Positions 1-10,545 of a stretch of 64,000 nucleotides of DNA are shown here, piece after piece. This stretch comes from a virus: the IMG/VR virus record IMGVR_UViG_3300045988_160053. One strand, given 5' to 3'. The notes under the pieces were generated by a model. The model was not told where the DNA came from and did no database searches. It saw only the letters and a list, made by a program, of their open reading frames with translations. Numbering within the stretch: position 1 is the first letter of the stretch; every line of letters begins with the position of its first letter. Both the position numbers and the translations under genes were made by a program.

Positions 1-217
1 GATTTCTATTAGAAATTTTAATAAACCCAATTTCTTCAAGTTTCATGACGGTATACATAATATCTTTGCTGTCATATGTCTGATTTAATGGCGATGCTAA
101 TAATTGTTTAAAAGTTACAGGTATAAGAGAAAATGAACCATCTTGCAATTCTCGATAATCAATATTATTTTTGCAATAAATCAAAACATCTCTTACACAT
201 TCTTCGTTTAACGTCAT
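1..217 (-). CDS. hypothetical protein, partial (C-terminus lies beyond the window edge)
   Basis: Not in the supplied track because it is truncated. My reverse-strand translation is open from ATG (217-215) to position 1 (MTLNEECVRDVLIYCKNNIDYRELQDG...). GGAGG lies about 8 nt upstream (complement of 226-230). Confidence 0.45.
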   Translation of the reverse strand, partial: MTLNEECVRDVLIYCKNNIDYRELQDGSFSLIPVTFKQLLASPLNQTYDSKDIMYTVMKLEEIGFIKISNRN

Positions 218-247
218 ACTTATTACCTCCATAAGAAAGGATTAAAA

Positions 248-484
248 ATGAATACAAATTATAAAATTTTATCAACTGTTGTAGATATTACGCAATTGCT
301 TCATGAAAACAATTGTACATATAATGAATCATATAAAATATTACAGATGGTTATCAATGAGTTAAAACAACAGCAGGAAAATATAGAATATCCTACAGTA
401 GATGATTATTTATCTAATCATAAAACCCATAATGCAAATAATCAAGTTATTGCTGCATTAAATCATATAGATGGATATTGCTAA
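248..484 (+). CDS. hypothetical small protein (78 aa)
   Basis: Track ORF. AGAAAGG RBS at 234-240, 7 nt before the ATG. Divergent from the gene at 1-217. No recognisable motif. Confidence 0.5.
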   Translation: MNTNYKILSTVVDITQLLHENNCTYNESYKILQMVINELKQQQENIEYPTVDDYLSNHKTHNANNQVIAALNHIDGYC

Positions 485-1081
485 TCATCTTCCTGGCCAC
501 CATTTGTGACCGCACTTCTGGCAGAGATTCTTCTTTTGAGAAGCACCAATCCAGCCGAAGAGTCCGTAACCTTGTTCTTCTGTTGTGACAGATGTAGAAC
601 CACAGCGTGGACAACGGACGACGTTTTGGGAAGTTGCTGATTGTTTCGGAATTGGAATCGGATAATTATCAGTATTAAATTCAAAATATTCAAAACCATG
701 GTTGACACATTCAACAAAAAATTTATATGTCAAATGCATCTTGTCATTTTTTTCCCACCAGTTAAAAGTTTTACATATTTCATGAGTAATATCTCCGCCG
801 AAGAAACTTTTATCTCCACCAAATTCAGGAGTTTTCTTTTTTATCAATTCTGGATTTAAACAACAACGATATTGCCAAGATGCTCTTTTATAAAGTCTTT
901 GTTTATTTTCTTCTGAAATCATATCGTATTGTTTTTTTATATTTGATATATTATATTTTGTACCATTAACTAAGACAGTATTTGTTTTTTCATTGTTAGT
1001 AAGAGGATATCCGCAATGAGGACAAGTTTTTGCTTTATCTGATACTTCTTTACTACATTCTGGACATTTAATAAGAGCCAT
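485..1081 (-). CDS. double zinc-ribbon protein
   Basis: CPECSKEVSDKAKTCPHCG at the N-terminus and CPRCGS...CQKCGH at the C-terminus (two CxxC...CxxC ribbons). Strong RBS GGGAGGAAA upstream on the minus strand. Confidence 0.6.
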   Translation of the reverse strand: MALIKCPECSKEVSDKAKTCPHCGYPLTNNEKTNTVLVNGTKYNISNIKKQYDMISEENKQRLYKRASWQYRCCLNPELIKKKTPEFGGDKSFFGGDITHEICKTFNWWEKNDKMHLTYKFFVECVNHGFEYFEFNTDNYPIPIPKQSATSQNVVRCPRCGSTSVTTEEQGYGLFGWIGASQKKNLCQKCGHKWWPGR

Positions 1082-1129
1082 TTATTATTTCCTCCCTTTT
1101 ATGCATTATTATACACTTTACACTCGCAA

Positions 1130-4100
1130 ATGTCATTAGGTAAAATCGGAAAACTAACTAATGTATTTAATGCATTTAAACAAAGTCCATTTAGTAATAA
1201 AAGTGACATGATTTCTTCCTTAGCTGCTTTCGGGAATATTAATAAGGCTGCTAGTTATCTTAATAAAGTTAATTCAGATGGAGCCATTAGTAATACTGCT
1301 TCTAAAATGTTATTATATAAAGCCTATGCAGCATCCGGAATAACAAAGGAAGAAGCTGGAGAAGCACTAAATAACAATCTTGCTGGTTCTTCAAAATTTG
1401 GATTATTAGGGAATATAAAAAATGTTGGTTCAGGTATTGCAACAGTATTTAAATCAATTGCTCCGATGATGATTCCTCTTATTATTGGTGCAGTAGGTAT
1501 TAAAGCAGGAAAAATGCTTTGGGATAATGTACTCACTGATAATGCAGCACAAAAGAATCTACAAGAATCAGTACAGAAATATAAGACTGAAAAATCAGAT
1601 CTTGATAACCTTCAGTCACAAAAAGAAACAAATAAACAACGTGTTTATGAATTAAGAGCTAAAAGCAATCGTACTGCCGCTGAAGATAATGAATTAAATA
1701 ATTTACTTAATGAGGATTCTATTTTAGATGCACAAATAGGATTAAAAAAAAGAACCGTTACTTCAGCCCAGAAACAGCAGGCTCTTGATGCAAAAAAAGC
1801 TTTAGAAAAACGAACCTTCCAAGGAGAACTTTTTGGCAAATCACCATATCCAGTATATCAAGATACTAATATTGGATATGCTCAGAAATTAATGAGTGGG
1901 CTTGAGGATGAAAAACAAGCTAGAAAAGATGTTCTTAATAATAAAGAATGGTCATCAGAACGAAAAGAAGCTGAATTAAAAGCGAAAGATAAAACAATCG
2001 CATCATATGAAACTGAACTTGCTGATGTTATGTCAGATATCTCAAGTAATGCACAGGATCTTTATGATGAAGATGGAAATTTGATTGACAAGAAAAATAC
2101 ACAAAATCTTGCAAACAACATCAATGATTTATTTAAAGCGTATTCTATGTTAACCAATTCTTCTGATTATGTTTCAGATAAAATGGATAATATTTTTGCT
2201 TTAAGTAAGTTTTCCAATTTAAAAGATAAATTAATCGAAGCTGGAAAATCTGGTGGAACGGATGCTATTAAGGATTTAATTAGTCAAACTAAAGATCTTG
2301 ATGAAGCTATGAGCAATGCTGGAATTGATGCGGATGATTTGGCAGATGGAATTATGGCGATAGCTGATCCTGATGCTAAAAATCTTGAAGGCATCAAGGA
2401 TAATCTTAAAGATATTTTTGGCAAAAAATATAGCTTCTTTAAAGATAAAAACGACGAAGATATTGAAGGATTCTGGGATTATCTTCAGGATAATAATTTT
2501 AACCCAGAAAAAATGAAATGGGGTAAAGAAGATATCTCTAAGAATTGGGAAAAATATCTTAATTCTAAAAACTCGACCGAAATTGTTGATGATACAACTT
2601 TTGCTTCTCGTTTCAAAAATTCTGCAGAAGATACAGCAACAGATCTTGATACCATAACAGACAATTTTCAGACAGATATGTCAAATATCAAGTCTTCAAT
2701 GGATTCTATTAAATCCGGTACATTCCAGAATTCAGATATTACTGACCTTATTCAACAGTTCCCGGAGCTTGCAACAGAAACTGATAACCTGCAACAGGGA
2801 TTACAGAATTTAGCATTTGATAAAGCAAGTGATGCTATCGGTAAAATCAGAGATTCTGTAAAAGATGTAACTGATCCGAAACAGCTTGCTGCCGCTGATA
2901 AATATATTCAGAGTATTATGGATACTATGGATCTGAGCGGATTTGATATGAGCAATGCTAAGTCTGCAATTCTTGGTAATTTAACAAAGAATTTAGCAGA
3001 CAAACATATGGCCTCTGTTACAACACCAAATCTTGTAAATCAGTTAATGTCAGAATATGGAAATGATGAAATTGCAGTTCAAGCAATTATGAAATTGTCA
3101 CTTGATCCATCAATGGCAAATGCTGATCTCGACACTTGGAAATCCAAAATTGAAGATACTAAAGTACAGATTCAGTTGGATACTTCAGCTAAAAATTTGG
3201 ATAATCTCTCAAAAGAACTGACTCGTCTTCAGACTGATGCTTCCGATCAGCAGACAAGACTGAATAATAAATCTGCTTATAATATGAAAGCTACTGCTTC
3301 AGACTACACCAATTTAATTGAAAATGGTGACAAACAGATTGAGAATCTTAATAATCAGATTCAGGAATATCAGAATAGTATCGATGCCTTGAAAAATAGT
3401 AAAGGTCTATCTACTCTTTCTGATGAAGATAACGAACAGATCAAGCAGTGGCAAGATCAGATTCAAGCTTCTCAAATGTCTATTGAAAACATGAAGGCTT
3501 CTCAGGCCGATTGGACAAAAACAGCATTTAATCTTCCAGTAACTGATATACAGAACACTGTTACTGCTCTTACATCAGCTATTAGCGAAATGCAGACAGA
3601 AACAGGACTCACATCTGATACAATGGATAGTCTTAGAACACAATTCAGTGATCTAAAAGATGCTCATGTTGATAATGTATTCGATCGCACTGCAAAAGGT
3701 TTGAAAATCAACACAGAAAGAATGAAGGATTATCTGGAACAGCAAAATGAATTCATGAATTCTGATTTTGCACAACGTATTCAGGATTATCAGGATCAAT
3801 TATCAGCAGGTAACAAAGATTATACTCAGCAAGGATTAGAAAATCTTAAAAATCTGCAGGCACAGTATTTTGCTCAGTATCAGGAGGCTGCAAAACAGTT
3901 CTCTGATTTCCAAGCTATGGTTAATGCTGACAATCTTTCTACTGAAGGCAATGAATATACTACAGCTAAGAGTTATCTGGATAATGCAAAAGATCTGTAT
4001 GATAAAGGCTTAGTTGGTACCCCTCAGTTTAAAGCAGCTGCAAAATATTTCTCTCAGAATGGTTTTGAAGATGCTGATAATTTCATTGAGAACTACAACA

Positions 4101-7100
4101 AACTTAAAAATTATTACACTGATGATGCTTCCGGTCCAAAGAGATTTTTAAGCGATCTTGAAGCTAAGGGATTGGCCACTTACAAAACTCTTGAGGATGG
4201 AAATCAGCAATGGATGTATTCTTTCACTGATACTCAAGAAGCTGCAGATGCTATGGGTATGAGTCTTGAATCATTCGAATCTATGTTTGGTAGATTGAAA
4301 GATTATGGCGATACAAATAATTTTGTATCTTCTCTTGAAGAAGGTGCCCTGAAATCTGAAGAGATTGACGATAAACTCATTGATGCTCAGATTAAAATGG
4401 GAAAACTGAAAGCTAGTGGTGCAAATCAATCCGCTCTGGACGATCAACAAGCAGTTATTGACAATTTAATTGCACAAAAAACTGGTATTACTCAGGCTAT
4501 ATCTGATTTCAAAGATGGTACTGTTGATCGTAAGATTCAGGATATCAAGGATGCCAAAGGTTCTATTGACGAATTAAATCAGTACATAAAAGATAATGGT
4601 ATTGATAAAGATTCTGATTTAGGCAAGAAATATATCGAATCAATTCAGGAACAAGCTAAGAAGACAGGCATTAAATTAACACCTGAATTTGAAGTTGATG
4701 AGGCTGCTTATAATGAAATGATCCAGAGTTATGAAGCGAAAGCTAAAGGCTCACAGATCAAACACTTCCAGGATGTCAACGAAGGAATTGAAAGTGGTAA
4801 TACTGGAGATTACTCTGATTCTGATGTTGAACTGGTTAATAAAATTAAAGATGCTCAGGAACAGAAAAGTGAAGCATTACAGAACGTTATTGATGCTGTT
4901 AATTCATTGGATAAAGATCAATGGAATGAAGCAAACCAGATTGAATTAGGCAATGGAGCTTATGAATCTGAAGATCAGGGTATTCGTAATGTTGAAGATG
5001 CTCTTCAGGGACTTTCAGATCAATTTGGACTAACAAAAGAACAGGCAACTGCTCTTCTACCGGCTCTTGAAGCTTTAGGTGTTGTTAATATTGATCCTAA
5101 TGTTGATATGACCGGGCTGGATGAATTGGATCAAGCTACTCAGGACGGAATGGCTTCATTGCGTCAGATGCAAGCAGATGGGGATATTAAACTCTCATTT
5201 GATGTGGATAGTAGTATAGAAGGATTATCTGTAGATAAACTACAATCACAAATTGGTGAATTAGAGCATATTAAAGTAAATTTTGACGTAGATTCATCTG
5301 AATATAAAGCAATTCAATCTATGATTGATCAACGTGAAATGCAAATGCATGTTCAGATTGCAGTAGATAAAACCGGTGATATTGATAAGTTATTATCTCT
5401 TAATGATGAAGAGTTGGCTCAAAAAGCTGAATTGGACGTAGATGTCAATACCGAAGATGGTAAAGCTAAAATCGATGAACTACGTTCAAGTCTTGAATCT
5501 TTATCAGGTGATACACCTGCTATATCGGTTAAAATTGACGAAACTCAATTCCAAGCATTGACAAAAGAACAACAAGGCCAAGGAACTGTAACTTTCAAAC
5601 CAGAACATAGCGAAGTAGATGCTTACCTTGCTGAAGAGAAAAAAAGCGAAGGAAAAGTAAAATGGTCTAATGAGACAGGTTTAGTAGATGTTTATGCTGC
5701 TACCGAACATTATTCTCATGGTACTGTTCATTGGGGAAATGATATTTCTGCCGTTCAGACTTCATTCACTGCTACCGGAACTGTTAATTGGATAAATTCA
5801 GGTGGACCAAGTGGTGGTTTGAGTAAAGAAGTTCAACTCTCAAGTGGTACGTTCAAAGCTAAGTCTACAGGAAGCGCTTACAATGTTTTAAACATCACAC
5901 CAGCTCATGCAAGTGGGACAAATGTTGCTATTAAACAAGATCAGCAAGCTCTTGTAAATGAAGTGGGTATCAACGGTCACGCTGAATCAATTGTTCGTGA
6001 TGGTGTTTGGAGTTTAATTCCTGGCGGTGCTCATATAGAGAACCTGAAAAAGGGCGACATTATATTCTCTACTACTCAAACTGATGCTCTTCTTAAACAC
6101 GGGGCTATTCAAGGACATGCCAGAGCTTATGCAAGTGGCACTGTTACTTCTCCAGGCGTTATGAAAGCTTATGCTGCTGCTGGTAATACTCCGGGATTCC
6201 ACTTCCAAGGCGGGGCTGCAACTGTTAAACCTGCCGGATCTGGAAATTCTGGTAACTCCGGTAATTCTGGTCTTCAACATGCAATCGAAGATAATACAGA
6301 TGCGGTATCAAACAATAGTGATGATACAAGTGACGCGGCTGATGAAGTAAGCGAAGCTCTTCAAAATGTAATCAAGAAGCTGAATGATAATTCTATGGAT
6401 TGGGTTGAAGTTGCTATGGATCGTCTTGATCGTATAACTTCTAGGTATACAGATCTTGCCGAAAGTGATTATAGTCATTATACAAAAGCTCAAAAGTATT
6501 ATAATAAAGCTCTTGAAAATACAGATAAAGAAATCAAGGCTGCTAAAGAAAGCATCTCTGTTTATAAAAGGAAGTCCGAAGAAGTTGCAAACAATGGCGA
6601 AGTAAGCAAATATCTTACTCCTGCTCTGAAGAAAAAAGTTCAAGATGGCACTATTAATATAGAAACATTGGATGCAAATCAGAAAGCTGCCGTAGAAGCA
6701 TATAAACAGTGGTACGACAAGTATCTTGATGCCGTTCAAAAATATAGAGATAAGAAAACTCAGGAACTTGATTTAGCTAAATCTAAAGTTGATAATGTTT
6801 ACGATTCCTATGATCTGATTATCAGTAAGCGTAAAGCTAAAGAGGAATATTATGCAGCTAAAGCTGAAAATCGTATAAAGAGCGGAAAATCTCAAAAAGT
6901 CGGTTCGGTATATTGGAAAGATCTTAAAAAACAAGTAAGTTATGCTCAATATCAGAAAGACTGGATGTTAAAAGAAAGAGATAAAGTTCAGCAAAGCATG
7001 ACAGATTATCTTAATGTGAATGGTCATAACAAAAAAGATAAAGCTTATCAGGAAATGAAGAAAAATCTAACTGATTTGAACACGTCTATTGTTGAGGCTG

Positions 7101-9538
7101 ATACACACATCCAAGAAGCTAAAGCTGCTCTTGAAGAAACCAGAGAGAACTTAAAGCAATGGCAAATTGATCGTTGGGAAAGAGCTGGTGATAAACAGGA
7201 CGCTTCTCTTAGTTATAAAAAGAATGCTGATGATATTAATTATCAGCTTTCAGCCAATGATTATGAAGAACGTTTGAAAACTTATGATAAAACTATTCGC
7301 GCTGATGAAGCGAAAAGACAGCTTCTCGCAGAAGAAATTGCAGCAAATCAAGCTAACGGTGGAGCTTGGAGCAATGAAGAAATGCAGAAAAAGATTGAGG
7401 AATATGATAATCTTACTACTTCTATTATTCAATCTAAAGAAGCGATGCGACAATTAGCTCAAGAAGAAATTGATTTTCGATTTAAACCTCTTGATGAAGC
7501 GCAGAATAAGCTTTCAAATCTTGTATCTGAGCTTCAGACTGCTCAGAAGTTACTTGGTGATACCGAGAGTTTCTATAATGATGATGGAGCCTTCTCTACA
7601 AACGGTTTGACCAATATTTTATTAGTTCAAGAACAGATTGACGCCACTAAGGATAAAATAGCAAATTATCGTGAGGGATTAAATAAGCTGGATGAAATGT
7701 ATAAAAATGGTGCAATTGGTCCAGAATATTATAAGACTAAAACCGATGAAATGCTTAAGAGTTTGCAACAAGAGTCTGCTACTCTTGCTGATCTTAAACA
7801 GAACCTTCTTGATATGTATACCACTCAAGTTACTAAAGAGAATGATCTGTTACAGGAGAATATTGAAAAACGTAAAGATGCTCTTTCTGCTAAAGAGAAA
7901 TATTACGATTATGACAAAACTCTAAAGAAGAAAACTAAAGATATCAATGCATTAAAAGCACAGATTGCTGCACTTGAAGGAACATCAAATGCAGCCTCAA
8001 AAGCTCGTCTTGAGAAATTACGTGCGGAACTTGCAGATGCAGAAGACGATATGGCCGATACAATGCATCAGCATGAAGTCGATATGAAAAATACCGGCTA
8101 TGAGAATTTTTCAGATGAGGCAAATAAGGCGTTAGACAATACTCTTGATGCTGTTAAGAAAAATGCAGCTTTCCAAGAAGCTATTATTGGCAGCATGCTT
8201 TCTAATGTAAAAGCAAATTACGACAGCACCTATAAACATCTGGGCGACGTAATGGATCAGTATGGCATGAAAGTTTCTCAAACTTATAGTCAAATGATCA
8301 CAAAGGCAGCTGACTTTAATACTGCTGCTGTAAATGCAACAAAAGCATGGGAAGGTGTTACAAAAATTGACACCAGTAAGCCTTATGGTGGTTCAACTGC
8401 CGGTAACAATGCCTTTAATAATGCAATGAATAATGCAGGATCTTCTCAGACTGCTGGAAGTACAAATATTAAACCTAATACTGATTACACTCTGAAGCTG
8501 AGTGATACAGATATTTATCTGACATACAGTCATATCAAGAAACAGCTTAAAGCAACATGGTCACCAAAGAAACCGGAACACTCTGATATTGAGTGGAAAA
8601 GTTCTGATGAATCTATTGCGAAAGTTTCTTCTGATGGTACAGTTCGTGGTGTGTCTTCAGGTCTTAATAAGAACGGTTTAATGGCGCGTGATGAGTCTAA
8701 AACAAGAAAATGTATCATTACTGCTATTGGCGGTGGTGGTCTTGCTAAAGCTACTTGTACCGTTCATGTAATGCCGGATTCTCATTATGAGAAGATCAAG
8801 GATTATGCAGATAAAGCTGGCATTAAAGATACTTCAGGTAATAATCTGAGAGATGCTATGGAATATGCTTATAAAAATGGCGCAAACCATAGCGATCAAT
8901 CATATACCGCAGTTGAGGGATTTAAGAAAGCATATCTGAAAGATTGGACAAATTCTCTGAGTAATCGTCCAGATGGTGCAACAGACGTTCCTGCCGGAGT
9001 GAGTCCTTTAATAGGATATTTTAATGCTAAAGGTAAGAAAGTCGGACCAAAAGAAATGCAACAGCTTGCAGATATTCTTCAGATCAATACTCCGGGTGTT
9101 AAGAACTATGATTCTTGGGGATCTACTCTGAAAAATAAAATCCTGAAGGCATATAAATCCTACGGATTCTCTAAAGGTGGTGTTGTACGGAAAGGTATTC
9201 CTGCCAGCATACTTGATATAATCGGCGGGGACGCTTTAATACCGCGTGGAGATTCTATGCTGATCGGTGCAAATCCGGGCGAAACTGTTCTGACAAAAGA
9301 ATTCACAGATCAACTGAAACCTACAGTTGCTACTCTGAATGAATTTAATGCTAGAATGGCGAAACCTATCACTCCTATTCTACCATCATCTTCAAATAAT
9401 ACAAGTATGAATAGCGAGTGCAATATTACAATCAATGTTGATAAAATCAATAGTGAGCAAGATATTAAGAAACTTGCTTATCAAATTGGTGATATTATCA
9501 CTGAACGTAATAAACGTGACTGGAAAAAAGTTCGCTAA
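1130..9538 (+). CDS. tail tape measure protein (giant, 2802 aa)
   Basis: N-terminal hydrophobic segment (VGSGIATVFKSIAPMMIPLIIGAVGIKAG). More than 2000 aa of charged coiled-coil-like sequence. Two motifs I associate with Gram-positive siphophage tape measures (ALVNEVGINGHAESIV... and GANPGETVLTKEFT). An Ig-like (Big_2-type) segment at about 8485-8775. Lies directly upstream of Dit and Tal homologues. Caveats: no Shine-Dalgarno before ATG 1130, and no tail chaperone or tube genes upstream in the window. Confidence 0.7.
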   Translation: MSLGKIGKLTNVFNAFKQSPFSNKSDMISSLAAFGNINKAASYLNKVNSDGAISNTASKMLLYKAYAASGITKEEAGEALNNNLAGSSKFGLLGNIKNVGSGIATVFKSIAPMMIPLIIGAVGIKAGKMLWDNVLTDNAAQKNLQESVQKYKTEKSDLDNLQSQKETNKQRVYELRAKSNRTAAEDNELNNLLNEDSILDAQIGLKKRTVTSAQKQQALDAKKALEKRTFQGELFGKSPYPVYQDTNIGYAQKLMSGLEDEKQARKDVLNNKEWSSERKEAELKAKDKTIASYETELADVMSDISSNAQDLYDEDGNLIDKKNTQNLANNINDLFKAYSMLTNSSDYVSDKMDNIFALSKFSNLKDKLIEAGKSGGTDAIKDLISQTKDLDEAMSNAGIDADDLADGIMAIADPDAKNLEGIKDNLKDIFGKKYSFFKDKNDEDIEGFWDYLQDNNFNPEKMKWGKEDISKNWEKYLNSKNSTEIVDDTTFASRFKNSAEDTATDLDTITDNFQTDMSNIKSSMDSIKSGTFQNSDITDLIQQFPELATETDNLQQGLQNLAFDKASDAIGKIRDSVKDVTDPKQLAAADKYIQSIMDTMDLSGFDMSNAKSAILGNLTKNLADKHMASVTTPNLVNQLMSEYGNDEIAVQAIMKLSLDPSMANADLDTWKSKIEDTKVQIQLDTSAKNLDNLSKELTRLQTDASDQQTRLNNKSAYNMKATASDYTNLIENGDKQIENLNNQIQEYQNSIDALKNSKGLSTLSDEDNEQIKQWQDQIQASQMSIENMKASQADWTKTAFNLPVTDIQNTVTALTSAISEMQTETGLTSDTMDSLRTQFSDLKDAHVDNVFDRTAKGLKINTERMKDYLEQQNEFMNSDFAQRIQDYQDQLSAGNKDYTQQGLENLKNLQAQYFAQYQEAAKQFSDFQAMVNADNLSTEGNEYTTAKSYLDNAKDLYDKGLVGTPQFKAAAKYFSQNGFEDADNFIENYNKLKNYYTDDASGPKRFLSDLEAKGLATYKTLEDGNQQWMYSFTDTQEAADAMGMSLESFESMFGRLKDYGDTNNFVSSLEEGALKSEEIDDKLIDAQIKMGKLKASGANQSALDDQQAVIDNLIAQKTGITQAISDFKDGTVDRKIQDIKDAKGSIDELNQYIKDNGIDKDSDLGKKYIESIQEQAKKTGIKLTPEFEVDEAAYNEMIQSYEAKAKGSQIKHFQDVNEGIESGNTGDYSDSDVELVNKIKDAQEQKSEALQNVIDAVNSLDKDQWNEANQIELGNGAYESEDQGIRNVEDALQGLSDQFGLTKEQATALLPALEALGVVNIDPNVDMTGLDELDQATQDGMASLRQMQADGDIKLSFDVDSSIEGLSVDKLQSQIGELEHIKVNFDVDSSEYKAIQSMIDQREMQMHVQIAVDKTGDIDKLLSLNDEELAQKAELDVDVNTEDGKAKIDELRSSLESLSGDTPAISVKIDETQFQALTKEQQGQGTVTFKPEHSEVDAYLAEEKKSEGKVKWSNETGLVDVYAATEHYSHGTVHWGNDISAVQTSFTATGTVNWINSGGPSGGLSKEVQLSSGTFKAKSTGSAYNVLNITPAHASGTNVAIKQDQQALVNEVGINGHAESIVRDGVWSLIPGGAHIENLKKGDIIFSTTQTDALLKHGAIQGHARAYASGTVTSPGVMKAYAAAGNTPGFHFQGGAATVKPAGSGNSGNSGNSGLQHAIEDNTDAVSNNSDDTSDAADEVSEALQNVIKKLNDNSMDWVEVAMDRLDRITSRYTDLAESDYSHYTKAQKYYNKALENTDKEIKAAKESISVYKRKSEEVANNGEVSKYLTPALKKKVQDGTINIETLDANQKAAVEAYKQWYDKYLDAVQKYRDKKTQELDLAKSKVDNVYDSYDLIISKRKAKEEYYAAKAENRIKSGKSQKVGSVYWKDLKKQVSYAQYQKDWMLKERDKVQQSMTDYLNVNGHNKKDKAYQEMKKNLTDLNTSIVEADTHIQEAKAALEETRENLKQWQIDRWERAGDKQDASLSYKKNADDINYQLSANDYEERLKTYDKTIRADEAKRQLLAEEIAANQANGGAWSNEEMQKKIEEYDNLTTSIIQSKEAMRQLAQEEIDFRFKPLDEAQNKLSNLVSELQTAQKLLGDTESFYNDDGAFSTNGLTNILLVQEQIDATKDKIANYREGLNKLDEMYKNGAIGPEYYKTKTDEMLKSLQQESATLADLKQNLLDMYTTQVTKENDLLQENIEKRKDALSAKEKYYDYDKTLKKKTKDINALKAQIAALEGTSNAASKARLEKLRAELADAEDDMADTMHQHEVDMKNTGYENFSDEANKALDNTLDAVKKNAAFQEAIIGSMLSNVKANYDSTYKHLGDVMDQYGMKVSQTYSQMITKAADFNTAAVNATKAWEGVTKIDTSKPYGGSTAGNNAFNNAMNNAGSSQTAGSTNIKPNTDYTLKLSDTDIYLTYSHIKKQLKATWSPKKPEHSDIEWKSSDESIAKVSSDGTVRGVSSGLNKNGLMARDESKTRKCIITAIGGGGLAKATCTVHVMPDSHYEKIKDYADKAGIKDTSGNNLRDAMEYAYKNGANHSDQSYTAVEGFKKAYLKDWTNSLSNRPDGATDVPAGVSPLIGYFNAKGKKVGPKEMQQLADILQINTPGVKNYDSWGSTLKNKILKAYKSYGFSKGGVVRKGIPASILDIIGGDALIPRGDSMLIGANPGETVLTKEFTDQLKPTVATLNEFNARMAKPITPILPSSSNNTSMNSECNITINVDKINSEQDIKKLAYQIGDIITERNKRDWKKVR

Positions 9539-9544
9539 TTTAAA

Positions 9545-9576
9545 AGGGCTGTCTTTAAGACAGCTCTTTTAATATT
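9545..9576 (+). terminator. hairpin plus T-tract between tape measure and Dit (possible partial terminator or attenuator)
   Basis: AGGGCTGTC (9545-9553) pairs with GACAGCTCT (9559-9567) including one G-U pair. 5-nt loop, followed by TTTTAATATT. Confidence 0.4.
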
Positions 9577-9600
9577 AAAATATATGAAAGAGGTGAAAAA

Positions 9601-10545
9601 ATGCTACAATTTGAATTTAATGGTCATACTTCTGATGAATATGGATTGATTGTGACTAGAATAGAAGAAAATGATACTCTTGTAAATCGTTCTTTGCAAT
9701 TAGGAGAAAAGAACAAATATCGACCAAAAGAAAATCAGTTCGGAACATTATATGGTGATAATTATTCATTCAAAATGGGCGTAATGAGAAATCCATGCAG
9801 AAACAAAAATGTAGTTCCAGAATTAAAAAATGGAATTTTAAAATACGATTCAACATATACTCCATATTTAGATAATGGAATTTTAAAATTTTCTATGAAT
9901 TATACAGCTGATATAAAAAATGGAATTATTATTCCAAATGATTCTGATTATTTAACTTCAAATAATATTAGAATCATTAATGCATGGTTAACATCCCCTC
10001 AATATCCAAGGCTTCTTAAATTTATTGGAGACGATTATTTTTCAGAAGAAATCGAATTTTTTGCTACAATTACAGAGGTATCTACAGAACATGCATCTCT
10101 TCCATATGAACTAACATACACAGTAACTTGTGATAGTCAATGGGGATATACTCCTCTTATTTTATGTAAAACAACTTCCTCTTCTACTCTTCCTAGAGAA
10201 TATTCTATTCAGAACAATTCTGATTGTTGGGAAGATTATGTATACCCCACAATTAAAGTTTCTCCAAAATCTCATGGGATAATTACTATAAAGAATAAAA
10301 CCGATAATGGTAGAACAATGAAAATTAATGCATTAAAAAGTGATGATTTCTATATAGATTGTAGAAATTTAAAAATCTACGACATCACAAAGTCAATTGT
10401 TTCATTTGAAGATTTAGGGATTGAGGATATAGATGACATTTATTGGCCTCGTCTTGCTTATGGAGAAAATATATTTGAATTTACAGGTGACGCGACATTT
10501 GAAATCTCATATAGGGAACCACGAAAGGTTGGTGCCTTTGCATGA
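9601..10545 (+). CDS. distal tail protein (Dit-like)
   Basis: N-terminus MLQFEFNGHTSDEYGLIVTRIEE fits the pattern I associate with siphophage Dit/Sipho_tail proteins. Sits between tape measure and Tal. RBS AGAGGTGA. Its stop overlaps the next start (ATGA). Confidence 0.7.
   Translation: MLQFEFNGHTSDEYGLIVTRIEENDTLVNRSLQLGEKNKYRPKENQFGTLYGDNYSFKMGVMRNPCRNKNVVPELKNGILKYDSTYTPYLDNGILKFSMNYTADIKNGIIIPNDSDYLTSNNIRIINAWLTSPQYPRLLKFIGDDYFSEEIEFFATITEVSTEHASLPYELTYTVTCDSQWGYTPLILCKTTSSSTLPREYSIQNNSDCWEDYVYPTIKVSPKSHGIITIKNKTDNGRTMKINALKSDDFYIDCRNLKIYDITKSIVSFEDLGIEDIDDIYWPRLAYGENIFEFTGDATFEISYREPRKVGAFA

Noticed and set aside
481-859. ORFs 481-717 (-) and 641-859 (+)
   Set aside because: They overlap the zinc-ribbon gene (485-1081) in other frames or on the other strand. 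No RBS, low-complexity translations.
1324-8718. Short minus-strand or alternate-frame ORFs inside the tape-measure gene (for example 1324-1536, 1645-1839, 4731-4949, 6014-6280, 6308-6739, 7250-7453, 7692-7925, 8530-8718)
   Set aside because: All are fully embedded in the 2802-aa ORF. They lack ribosome-binding sites and have low-complexity, hydrophobic or stop-poor AT-rich composition typical of antisense artefacts.
9240-9255. RGD tripeptide (…IPRGDSM…) near the tape-measure C-terminus as an integrin-binding motif
   Set aside because: A three-residue match in a 2802-aa bacterial-virus protein is expected by chance, and there is no supporting context.
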